DNA of 27,804 nucleotides from Verrucomicrobiota bacterium (GCA_045046875.1 JASFYY010000145.1:1-27804); one strand, 5' to 3'. Positions 16,417 to 24,534 are shown, numbered from the stretch's first letter. The notes: generated by a model from the letters alone, not told the origin. Translations and numbers: made by a program.

Positions 16417-18588
16417 TCAGGTTTGATTGAGATCCTTTTGAATCACTTGCCGGAACAAACGCCACCACTGGATGAAAAAGGGTTCTGGCTGAAGTTCAAA
16501 ACGGATTTGTCCGGAAGCATTTTCGTACAGGGTCATGTCGGCAATCTGGTCAGCATTCAATTCGGCCGTCACCTGGTAAAACCCTTCCTTAACCGCCGTT
16601 CCACTGTCATCCTTTTTATCCACTTCCAGCTCCCCCCCAGCACTCCACGCCAAAGCCGCCGTCGACAGTTTCTCCAAATCGGCTTGCAGAATATCCTGCG
16701 ATATCACCTCGATCTCCTGTCCCGCCTGGCCGCGTAATCGAACACTCGATCGCTGGATTTCCTTGGTGAACAGATCAGCTGCCCCGCGTTGATTCACCAC
16801 CGCAATAAATTGATAAGAGCCCGGGTCAATCACCTGACCTACCTCGGTGCCCCGGGGCACCCAGGTGCCCACCATTTCCCGACTGGAGGGAGCCACCCAG
16901 ATGCCTGCGTGCGGAGCCGATACCTTCAGCTCGGTGCGCTGACGTTCCAGTTCTTCGAGATAGGTCACTGCCGCCTTGAACTCACGCTGCAAGGGTCGCA
17001 GAATCGAAGTGTATTTCTGCTGCCTGGCCAGCTCAACCTGTTGCCGGAGTTGATCCAGACGTGATTTCATCGAATCAATTTCCATCGCAAGTTCCGGATT
17101 TTCCAATACCACCAGCAAGTCCCCCTTGGCGATCGTCTTTGTCGAATGTTGATGGACTTCTGCAATATAACCCGAGGTGTTGACAAAAACTCCCGTTCTC
17201 TCTTCAGCACTGATCACTCCAGAAGCCCGCAAGCTCCGGGGCGCAGGCAAATAACCTAACAGAGCAATGGCAATCAGAAGAAAAAATGCCACCACAACCA
17301 AAGCTCGCCTGCGCACCCGCAGCAAACGATCACTGGTGAATAAATAACGAACGAATTTCCCCGCCGGCAAAATGAAATACATGAACACACAAAAACCGGC
17401 GATCGCCAACCCGACTCCCAAAAAACTCTGCGCCACATAAAATGTGATCACCGCCAACAACACAATGCGATAACAAAAGGCCGCCACCCCATAAGTCGTC
17501 AGCCACCAGGCTTCTGAAGCACTGTCAGCCGGACTGAAAGCCGCACGCACTCCGAGTAGATATTTTTCCGCCAGAAAACGGATCTGGTTTTGTGCCCGTT
17601 GATACAGATTGGGTATTTCAAAATAATCACTAAACAAATAATAACCATCAAAACGCAGCAAGGGGTTGATGTTAAATATCAAAGTCGACACCGAGGCGAT
17701 GAACATGACATTGTAAGCCAACTTGTTCACAAAAGGATCCCCGGAATTCGCCCAGAGAAGAGCCGCCAAACTAGCAATAAAAAACTCTACCCCCATCCCT
17801 GCACCGTCCACCAACAGCCGTTGCCACTTTTTTCTAAAACTCCAGCTCCAGGTCGCATCGACAAACGGAAGCGGTGTAAAAATCATCAGCATCACTCCAA
17901 ATTTGTGAACCTCTCCGCCAAATTGTTTGCAAGCCACCGCATGCCCGGTCTCGTGAATCAACTTTAGGAAAACCATGCACAAGTACATGTAGATAAGATT
18001 GGACGGAGCCAACACACCCGCACTCTGGTCCACCAGGGCATCAAAATTGGAAATCGCCGTTTTGCCACCCCAGGCGACAACAAGCAGCCATAACAACACC
18101 CCCAGTGGCGTGAACAATAATCGTGTTACCGGTCGTATCGCATCCAGAAAACGATTCGGATCGAAGATCGGAATCTGCATGAAAAGAAAGTTCAAGGCCT
18201 GGCCGCGGAACTTTTTACGCCAGCCTTTACGGTATCTCTCAAACAATTGCTGACTGTCAGGAGCAAAAGAGGAACTCAGTAAATTGGCTTTATACAACTG
18301 GGACAAAACCTGGATCACCTCTTCTTGTCCCGGCGCATCTTCAGGATAAAGCGCCAGACACTCCCGCCAAACTTCTTCAAGGGTGCGGTCACCTCTCAGT
18401 CGTCCGATCAATGCGTAAGCAGCGGGTGATACCCGGTAAAATTCATTGTTTAATGGATCTCTCAACAAGAACCACCGCTGCCCGCGGAACACCTGGCGAG
18501 TCACCTCAACCGATGGGCTCAACCGGACTCGCTCCTGGGCAATCCGGTGCCACGAGTCGCTGAACATCTGTTGTTCTTGTTTAGCCAT
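16417..18588 (-). CDS. PqqD/RRE-like domain + M50 (site-2) zinc metallopeptidase + HlyD-type membrane fusion domain (723 aa)
   Basis: HETGH zinc motif at 17941-17955 and NINPLLRFDG at ~17644-17673 lie among multiple TM segments. The N-terminal ~100 aa has the 3-strand/3-helix PqqD-like pattern (WFLLRDPLNNEFYRVSPAAYALIGRLRGDRTLEEVW...VLSQLYKANLL). The C-terminal half has lipoyl half-motifs (VFVNTSGYIAEV..IAKGDLLVVLEN; VSAPHAGIW..VPRGTEVGQV) around a coiled coil. Its stop is 1 nt from the secA-like ATG. Confidence 0.9.
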   Translation of the reverse strand: MAKQEQQMFSDSWHRIAQERVRLSPSVEVTRQVFRGQRWFLLRDPLNNEFYRVSPAAYALIGRLRGDRTLEEVWRECLALYPEDAPGQEEVIQVLSQLYKANLLSSSFAPDSQQLFERYRKGWRKKFRGQALNFLFMQIPIFDPNRFLDAIRPVTRLLFTPLGVLLWLLVVAWGGKTAISNFDALVDQSAGVLAPSNLIYMYLCMVFLKLIHETGHAVACKQFGGEVHKFGVMLMIFTPLPFVDATWSWSFRKKWQRLLVDGAGMGVEFFIASLAALLWANSGDPFVNKLAYNVMFIASVSTLIFNINPLLRFDGYYLFSDYFEIPNLYQRAQNQIRFLAEKYLLGVRAAFSPADSASEAWWLTTYGVAAFCYRIVLLAVITFYVAQSFLGVGLAIAGFCVFMYFILPAGKFVRYLFTSDRLLRVRRRALVVVAFFLLIAIALLGYLPAPRSLRASGVISAEERTGVFVNTSGYIAEVHQHSTKTIAKGDLLVVLENPELAMEIDSMKSRLDQLRQQVELARQQKYTSILRPLQREFKAAVTYLEELERQRTELKVSAPHAGIWVAPSSREMVGTWVPRGTEVGQVIDPGSYQFIAVVNQRGAADLFTKEIQRSSVRLRGQAGQEIEVISQDILQADLEKLSTAALAWSAGGELEVDKKDDSGTAVKEGFYQVTAELNADQIADMTLYENASGQIRFELQPEPFFIQWWRLFRQVIQKDLNQT

Positions 18589-18629
18589 TCTGAATTCTAA
18601 CTTCTAACTCCTGACGCCTGACGCCTGAC
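18588..18629. repeat. Degenerate heptamer tandem array, 6 units
   Basis: TTCTGAA TTCTAAC TTCTAAC TCCTGAC GCCTGAC GCCTGAC fills most of the 49-bp gap between the two HlyD-type genes. Confidence 0.85.
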
Positions 18630-18637
18630 ATCTTCCC

Positions 18638-20539
18638 TCAAAGCCACAGTTTTAATCGCAAAAAGTCGATTGCCCTATGGGTGAATATCCACAAAGGACT
18701 GCGGATCCCTGCGTCAATTTTTGCCAAACCACTCATCCCTGGTCGCCACCAGCCCGACTCAGCGCCTTCCCGTGAAACCTCCACACGCATAATGAAACGG
18801 TTTCCCTCCTGATCAGGAATAGCAACCGGCTCGATCTCCTTGATCACAAACTTAAACCGGATTCCAGGTCGACTGGCAAACGACAGTTCCCCTGTTGCTC
18901 CTACATTCACATCGGCAATATTCCGCTCGTGCACCTTGAACTCGGCATACATGTCCTCAATTTTCCCCACCTTGAATAGAGCCTCTCCTTTCTCCACCGG
19001 ATAACCCAAACGCTCCTTCAAGTCACCCTCCACCACCACCCCTGCGATTGGTGAAAGCACTTCCGCCTTGCTCAGCGAGTACTGGACCTTCATCAATTGA
19101 GCGCGTGATTCCTCAACCTTGGCCAGGGCAATCTGCATCTCACCAATCCGTGAATCTGATTTTGCCAGCTTAGCCTCACTCAAATTACGCTCCACCGCAG
19201 CACTCAATTCCGCCACATGCAGCGTCAGCTCCGCATCATCCAACTTGGCTAGTTTCTGCCCCGCTTCAACCGCATCCCCAGGCTCAACTTCAACCGTATT
19301 CAAATAACCCACATAAGGCGCCGGCACATGATACATCTCTTCGACCCGCAGTTGAAACGGAGCCTCGATTTTATATTGCCAAGGATAATAAGACAAAAAA
19401 CCCAGTAAAGTCACCAGCAAGATCACTAAGAGTTTTGTCCAGGTGTGTTCAACTCCAAATACCCAGCTCAACGCTCGCCGCGCCCCTGAAACAATTTTTG
19501 CCCCAATCCACCGATCTCGCCTTTTGAGATCATCCAAACGGCGGATCACTAAATCCGAGATCAGTCGCAAACCATCCAAATCCTCCTCCACAAAATCCAC
19601 CGAACCTCTCTCCAAAGTGATCACCGCCACCGCCTCGTCATCCACCCGCAGAGGAATCGATGCCAGTCGCGACACCGCCTCTCGACGCGAATACGCCTCA
19701 TGATCCCGGTCGATCGATTGCAAGCCACCCGCAGGCGGCCAGACGATTTCATCATTCTGCTCCAGACATTCTTCCATAGCAGCGGACAAGTAACGACCCA
19801 ACTCCGACTTTCTGGAAACACGATCCACATGACTCGTCGCGATCAAACGAATCGTATCTCCCTGACGCCAGCCAATCGAAACCCGATCAGCATGGCATCC
19901 CGAAGCCAACTCATTACAAACCGTCATCGCTGCCGCTAAAAAGCGCTCTTCTTCATTTAGCCGTAAAGATAAATTGATCGCCAAAGCCGAAGCCTCGCGG
20001 TCGGAATGGTGCCCATCACCTTCACCATCAGCTCCCGCCACCAAGTTCACCAAAGGGTTTGCCCCCCATATCAATGGGGTGTCCCGCATCAACTGGGCAT
20101 TTCTAGTTGGAGGATGAAAAAAATCATCTTCTCCATAACGCAGAAAAACCGCCACACAAATCTCATCCGGACGCTCCAAACATAGTGAAAGCGCCGCCAT
20201 CCTAACCCCTTCTTCCTCTCCAAAAACCACCCCCCCTCTACTGCCCTGCTCTAAACTTTTTTCCCAACTCCTCTTCGCCAGGTCAAGCAATATCTCACGC
20301 TGACTGTAAAGGCGCTGACGAGTTTCCTCAGCCTCCGGCCAGTGAGCAATCGGCAACCATTCACCCTCACCCTCTCCATTATCCGCATCAGATCCTTGGG
20401 AAAAAAAAACTACCCCACTGGCAGCGTCGAGTTGACTAGCAAATATCCGCAAAAGCTCATTCCAGAAAACACCCTCTTCCCCGGAAAAACTCCACAACTC
20501 TTCCAGCGGCTCACGTTTTTTCGAATTCAACAACGACAT
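18638..20539 (-). CDS. GAF-domain-containing HlyD/efflux-RND periplasmic adaptor (membrane fusion protein, 633 aa)
   Basis: GAF-like region (ADRVSIGW..AAMEECLEQ..LASIPLRVDDEAVAVITLER) with a probable second degenerate GAF N-terminal to it. One TM (LLVILLVTLLGFLSYYPW). Lipoyl halves (VPAPYVGYLNTVEVEPGDAVEAGQKLAKL; VLSPIAGVV..VEKGEALFKV) flank a helical hairpin, followed by an RPGMSG motif. Confidence 0.9.
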   Translation of the reverse strand: MSLLNSKKREPLEELWSFSGEEGVFWNELLRIFASQLDAASGVVFFSQGSDADNGEGEGEWLPIAHWPEAEETRQRLYSQREILLDLAKRSWEKSLEQGSRGGVVFGEEEGVRMAALSLCLERPDEICVAVFLRYGEDDFFHPPTRNAQLMRDTPLIWGANPLVNLVAGADGEGDGHHSDREASALAINLSLRLNEEERFLAAAMTVCNELASGCHADRVSIGWRQGDTIRLIATSHVDRVSRKSELGRYLSAAMEECLEQNDEIVWPPAGGLQSIDRDHEAYSRREAVSRLASIPLRVDDEAVAVITLERGSVDFVEEDLDGLRLISDLVIRRLDDLKRRDRWIGAKIVSGARRALSWVFGVEHTWTKLLVILLVTLLGFLSYYPWQYKIEAPFQLRVEEMYHVPAPYVGYLNTVEVEPGDAVEAGQKLAKLDDAELTLHVAELSAAVERNLSEAKLAKSDSRIGEMQIALAKVEESRAQLMKVQYSLSKAEVLSPIAGVVVEGDLKERLGYPVEKGEALFKVGKIEDMYAEFKVHERNIADVNVGATGELSFASRPGIRFKFVIKEIEPVAIPDQEGNRFIMRVEVSREGAESGWWRPGMSGLAKIDAGIRSPLWIFTHRAIDFLRLKLWL

Positions 20540-20705
20540 TTGTTCAGATCAATAACAATAAGGGTAAATCCAGACAGTGAGTCCATTAAGCTATTCATTC
20601 AAGTCTATTCCATTTTCAATCTTCAATTCGTTTTCATCCATGTTTATGAATTTTATAAATATTTTATGAGATTTTGTAATCCACCCCGTGTTTATTGAAT
20701 CCATT
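20540..20705. promoter_or_regulatory. AT-rich divergent intergenic region, likely holding the promoters for the export operon and the hydrolase gene
   Basis: The flanking genes diverge and the region is visibly AT-rich. Imperfect palindrome TTTATGAA-T-TTTATAAA at 20643-20659; TTTATGA recurs at 20643 and 20663. Confidence 0.5.
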
Positions 20706-22172
20706 ATGACCTCACCCCGAATTTTCAAAAACCCTTTTCCCGCGCTCTTCTTATTCACCCTCATCGGCAGTCTTCCCTACCAAGCCTCGGCCGAACTGCT
20801 CATTGGTCAGGCCACCACTGACATCACCCCACCTCTACCCGTCGCTCTTGCCGGCCAGATGCACACCCGCATCGCCAAGGAAATCGAAACACCCGTCACT
20901 GCCTCTGTCGTGGTTCTGGAAAAAACGGTCGAGGGGAAAAAGAGCGAACAAACCATCCTCATCTCCTGCGATCTGGTCGCCATCCGCGAAGGAGTCCTGG
21001 AAGGCTTTCGCGCCAAACTCAAAGAAGTCGAACCTGAAATCGACCTCGACAAAATCGTCATCAACGCCACCCACACCCACACCGCTCCGGTGATGAATGA
21101 AGGCACTTACAACATCCCCGAAAACATCATCCAACCCACTGCCTACCGCGAATTCCTCTACGACAAACTCACCAAAATGACTGCCGAAGCCTGGAAAAAC
21201 CGCAAACCCGGCGGCGTCAGCTGGGGACTCGGACATGCTGTCGTTGCCCATAACCGACGTATTGTCTATACTGACGGTCACGCCCAGATGTATGGCAAGA
21301 CCGCCCTGCCCAGTTTCAAAAAACTCGAGGGCGCCGAGGATCATGGTGTAGAAGTGTTGTTCTTTTTTGACGCCGATAAGAAGCTCACTGCCGCCGCTGT
21401 CAATGTCGCCTGCCCCGGCCAGGAAGTCGAAAGCCGCTCTGCAGTCAATTCTGATTACTGGCATGAAGTGCGCGAACAACTACGCCAAGTCCACGGCAAG
21501 GATCTGGTGGTGCTGAGCTGGGTGGGCGCCGCCGGCGACCAGTCACCTCATCTGATGCTGCGCAAAGCCGCCGAGGGCCGCATGATCGTTGCCGCCAAAC
21601 GCACCCGCCTGCAGGAAATCGGACGACGCATCGCTCGCGCTGTCGATGACGCCTGGCAAGTCGCCAAAAACGACATCCACTTCGATGCCCCGATGGAACA
21701 CAGCGTGCGCCAGCTCGACCTGCCCATGCGCAAAGTCACCAAAAAGGAACTGGCTCAGGCAAAAGCGGCTATCGCAGGATTAAAAGAACAAGCCAAAAAA
21801 AGCGGTTCCGACACCGGATGGAAACAACGCTGGAACCAAAAGACCATCGATCGTTTTGCCCAACAGAACGACAAACCCTATCTGCCGATGGAACTCCACG
21901 TGATCAAAATCGGTGACATCGCCATCGCCACCAACCCCTTCGAACTGTTCACCGAATTCGGCCTGCGCATGAAAGCCCGCAGCAAGGCTCTGCAAACCTT
22001 CGTCATCCAACTCAGCCAAAACACCGGAGCCTACCTCGCCACCGACGACGCCACCCGGGGAGGCAGCTACAGCGCCATCATCAACTCCTGCCTGGTCGGC
22101 CCCGAAGGCGGCGACCTGCTCACCGACGAAACCGTCAAAGACATCAACGCGATGTGGCCTAAAAAAGAGTAA
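20706..22172 (+). CDS. Secreted neutral/alkaline ceramidase-like hydrolase (substrate unknown)
   Basis: Motifs DITPPLPVALAG, ISCDL, NATHTHTAP, GAAGDQSP and PFELFTEFG match the ceramidase-like family that is expanded in PVC bacteria. Signal peptide (LFLFTLIGSLPYQASA). ATG at 20706 is preferred over GTG at 20688. Confidence 0.75.
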   Translation: MTSPRIFKNPFPALFLFTLIGSLPYQASAELLIGQATTDITPPLPVALAGQMHTRIAKEIETPVTASVVVLEKTVEGKKSEQTILISCDLVAIREGVLEGFRAKLKEVEPEIDLDKIVINATHTHTAPVMNEGTYNIPENIIQPTAYREFLYDKLTKMTAEAWKNRKPGGVSWGLGHAVVAHNRRIVYTDGHAQMYGKTALPSFKKLEGAEDHGVEVLFFFDADKKLTAAAVNVACPGQEVESRSAVNSDYWHEVREQLRQVHGKDLVVLSWVGAAGDQSPHLMLRKAAEGRMIVAAKRTRLQEIGRRIARAVDDAWQVAKNDIHFDAPMEHSVRQLDLPMRKVTKKELAQAKAAIAGLKEQAKKSGSDTGWKQRWNQKTIDRFAQQNDKPYLPMELHVIKIGDIAIATNPFELFTEFGLRMKARSKALQTFVIQLSQNTGAYLATDDATRGGSYSAIINSCLVGPEGGDLLTDETVKDINAMWPKKE

Positions 22173-22194
22173 GGCAAAATTGCATCGTGGCATC

Positions 22195-22239
22195 GATTGC
22201 TTGGCGCGCCATAGCCCTTGGGGCGAAGGCGGGGCAATC
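22195..22239. repeat. Nested GC-rich hairpin between convergent genes (REP-like element and/or bidirectional terminator)
   Basis: GATTGC-ttggcg-CGCC-ata-GCCC-ttg-GGGC-gaa-GGCG-gg-GCAATC gives three nested complementary stems. No U-tract follows. Confidence 0.6.
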
Positions 22240-22260
22240 CGTGGATCCCCGCGAACCATC

Positions 22261-23229
22261 CTAGGCATGGGTCTTCCCCTGACACTGCCTCAAATACTCA
22301 ATACTCTCCTTCGCCAATCTCTCAGGCCCGGGCTTGTAATTGAACACCTCCAGCGAGATCCAACCTTTGTAATCAATATCGCGCAAAGCTTGCAGGATCG
22401 GCACAAAATCCAAATCACCAAATCCCGGCCCCTGGGCATTCGGGTCGTTCACCTGGAAGTGAACCAACAAGTCCTTGTTTTTTTTGATAATCTCCGTTAT
22501 CGGCGTTTTCTCCGTAGACATCGCCAGACAATCGAGAATCAAGCGGCAACGTGGATCATTCACCTTTTCAATCAGCTCCACCGCCCCCGCAGCGGTATCC
22601 ATGAAATTGGTTATCCTCGGAGACAGCGGTTCAAAAGCCAATACCACGCCCGCTTTTTCCAAATCCGGCAAAGCCTCGTCCACCACTTCGGCAGCATATT
22701 GCAAACCTTTCTCCTTGGAAACCCCGTCTCGCAAATTACGCTGTTTAGGTGATCCGAAAATCAGCTTATCCCCGCCCAAATCTGCACAAAATCGAGCAAG
22801 GTCACCCAGATACGCCGCCGTGCGCTTACGCTCATCGCGATCCGCACTGGTCAGGTGCAACCCCTTGGTCTTCGACAACAACCAATGCAAGCCCATGATC
22901 TCCAAACCCGCCGCCTCGGCCTGAGCCTTTACCTTTTTCCGTTGCGCAGCGGTAACATCACGCACATCATTCGCCACCGTGAACGGAGCTACTTCCAGTG
23001 CTTTATATCCACACTCCGCAGCAAAAGCAAAAGCCTTGTCAAAAGGCCAGTCACGAAAAGTCTCATTGCAAATCGAAAATTGTTGATCAAAAATGCCTGA
23101 CCTTGATTTTTTCGTTTGAGAAAAAGCCTGACTTGGTGAAAACATAGTCCCGCCTACCATGCTGGCGATGCCGGCGGAAAATTGACGACGATTCAACGAA
23201 TGCTCGGTGGTTTGCTCAGGGGTATTCAT
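22261..23229 (-). CDS. Sugar phosphate isomerase/epimerase (xylose isomerase-like TIM barrel, D-tagatose/psicose 3-epimerase-like) with a Tat-like signal
   Basis: Motifs AAECGYKALEVAPF, IFGSPKQR, LAFEPL, LILDCLAM, HFQVNDPN..GPGFGDLDF and YKGWISLEVF. N-terminal LNRRQFSAG followed by a hydrophobic stretch. Start placed at MNTPEQ (23229) to avoid overlapping the divergent gene. Confidence 0.85.
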   Translation of the reverse strand: MNTPEQTTEHSLNRRQFSAGIASMVGGTMFSPSQAFSQTKKSRSGIFDQQFSICNETFRDWPFDKAFAFAAECGYKALEVAPFTVANDVRDVTAAQRKKVKAQAEAAGLEIMGLHWLLSKTKGLHLTSADRDERKRTAAYLGDLARFCADLGGDKLIFGSPKQRNLRDGVSKEKGLQYAAEVVDEALPDLEKAGVVLAFEPLSPRITNFMDTAAGAVELIEKVNDPRCRLILDCLAMSTEKTPITEIIKKNKDLLVHFQVNDPNAQGPGFGDLDFVPILQALRDIDYKGWISLEVFNYKPGPERLAKESIEYLRQCQGKTHA

Positions 23230-23258
23230 GGCAAAAAGATAAACTTCATTCCGGCCCG

Positions 23259-23738
23259 ATGGCAAACTTTAACTCAAACGTCAAATCTGCGATCATCGCC
23301 GCGATCCGCGCCGCCTTGAAAAAAGACTTCGAAAGCTTCCAACAAGCCTCTCAACAGACCCGTCAAAGCGGTAATGACGAACAAAGTCAACCGGACGGAA
23401 AATACGACACCCAATCCACCGAGGCCAACTACCTTGCCGACGGCCAAGCTCGACAAGCCGAAGAAATCGCCCAGGCTGCCGCCTGTTTCGAGACCATGGA
23501 AGCCCGTGATTTCAAAACCTATCACCCCATCGACCTCGGTGCCCTGGTCGAAATGGAAATCAATCAACAATCCCAATGGTTTTTCCTCGCCCCCGCATCC
23601 GGAGGTCTGGAGATCCAAGTAAAAGATCAAGAGATCACCCTCATCACCCCCGATTCCCCACTCGGCAAACAAATCATCGGCCAATACCAAGGCGAGCAGA
23701 TTTCCTCCCCCGTCGCAAAAATCCTCTCCATCCTATAA
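23259..23738 (+). CDS. GreA/GreB-family transcription elongation factor-like protein
   Basis: N-terminal helical hairpin containing GKYDTQSTEANYLA, and a Gre C-terminal domain pattern (IDLGALV..ITLITPDSPLGKQIIG). Confidence 0.8.
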   Translation: MANFNSNVKSAIIAAIRAALKKDFESFQQASQQTRQSGNDEQSQPDGKYDTQSTEANYLADGQARQAEEIAQAAACFETMEARDFKTYHPIDLGALVEMEINQQSQWFFLAPASGGLEIQVKDQEITLITPDSPLGKQIIGQYQGEQISSPVAKILSIL

Positions 23739-23910
23739 AAATCCCCCTATCCCAATTCCAATTCTTATTCGTGTCTCTTCGTGTGCATCTTGACTCCCCT
23801 TAGCTGTAGCGGCGGCGGTTCGTGGTTCCAGCTATCCCAATTTAGTCCCCCCCTCCTCTCAATTCCATCTCACCACTTGCATTCTTTCCCCTTCAACCGC
23901 ATCTATCCAC

Positions 23911-24522
23911 ATGACTATCGCCTGCCTCGATCTCGAAGGAGTCCTCGTTCCCGAAATATGGATCAACTTTGCTGAACGCACTGGCATCGACGCCTTGCGC
24001 GCCACCACCCGCGACATCCCTGATTACGACGAGCTCATGCAGCAACGCCTGCTCATCCTCGATGAAAACCAGCTCGGCCTGCCCGACGTGCAAGCCGTCA
24101 TCGCTGAAATGAGCCCGCTTGACGGCGCCAAGGATTTCCTCGACTGGCTGAAATCGGAATTCCAAGTCGTGATTCTATCCGACACCTTTTACGAGTTCGC
24201 CGCACCACTGATGAAACAGCTCGACTACCCAACCTTGTTCTGTCACCAATTGGAGATCGATTCCGCCAGTGGAAAAATCGTCAATTACGCCCTGCGCCAA
24301 AAAGATCAAAAACGCGAAGCAGTGAAAGCCTTCCACAGCCTCAACTTCAAAACCATCGCCGCCGGGGATTCCTACAACGATACCACCATGCTCGGCGAAG
24401 CCGATGCCGGCATCCTCTTCTGCCCACCCGACAACGTCATCGCCGAGTTTCCCCAATTTCCCGTGACCAAAAACTATCAGGAAATGAAAACCGCATTTGA
24501 GAATGCCGCCGCCAGCTTCTAA
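23911..24522 (+). CDS. thrH: Bifunctional phosphoserine phosphatase / homoserine phosphotransferase (HAD family)
   Basis: ACLDLEGVLVPEIW, ATTRDIPDYDELM, ILSDTFYEFA and AAGDSYNDTTML; 203 aa. Confidence 0.95.
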   Translation: MTIACLDLEGVLVPEIWINFAERTGIDALRATTRDIPDYDELMQQRLLILDENQLGLPDVQAVIAEMSPLDGAKDFLDWLKSEFQVVILSDTFYEFAAPLMKQLDYPTLFCHQLEIDSASGKIVNYALRQKDQKREAVKAFHSLNFKTIAAGDSYNDTTMLGEADAGILFCPPDNVIAEFPQFPVTKNYQEMKTAFENAAASF

Positions 24523-24534
24523 ACTTCTCATCTT

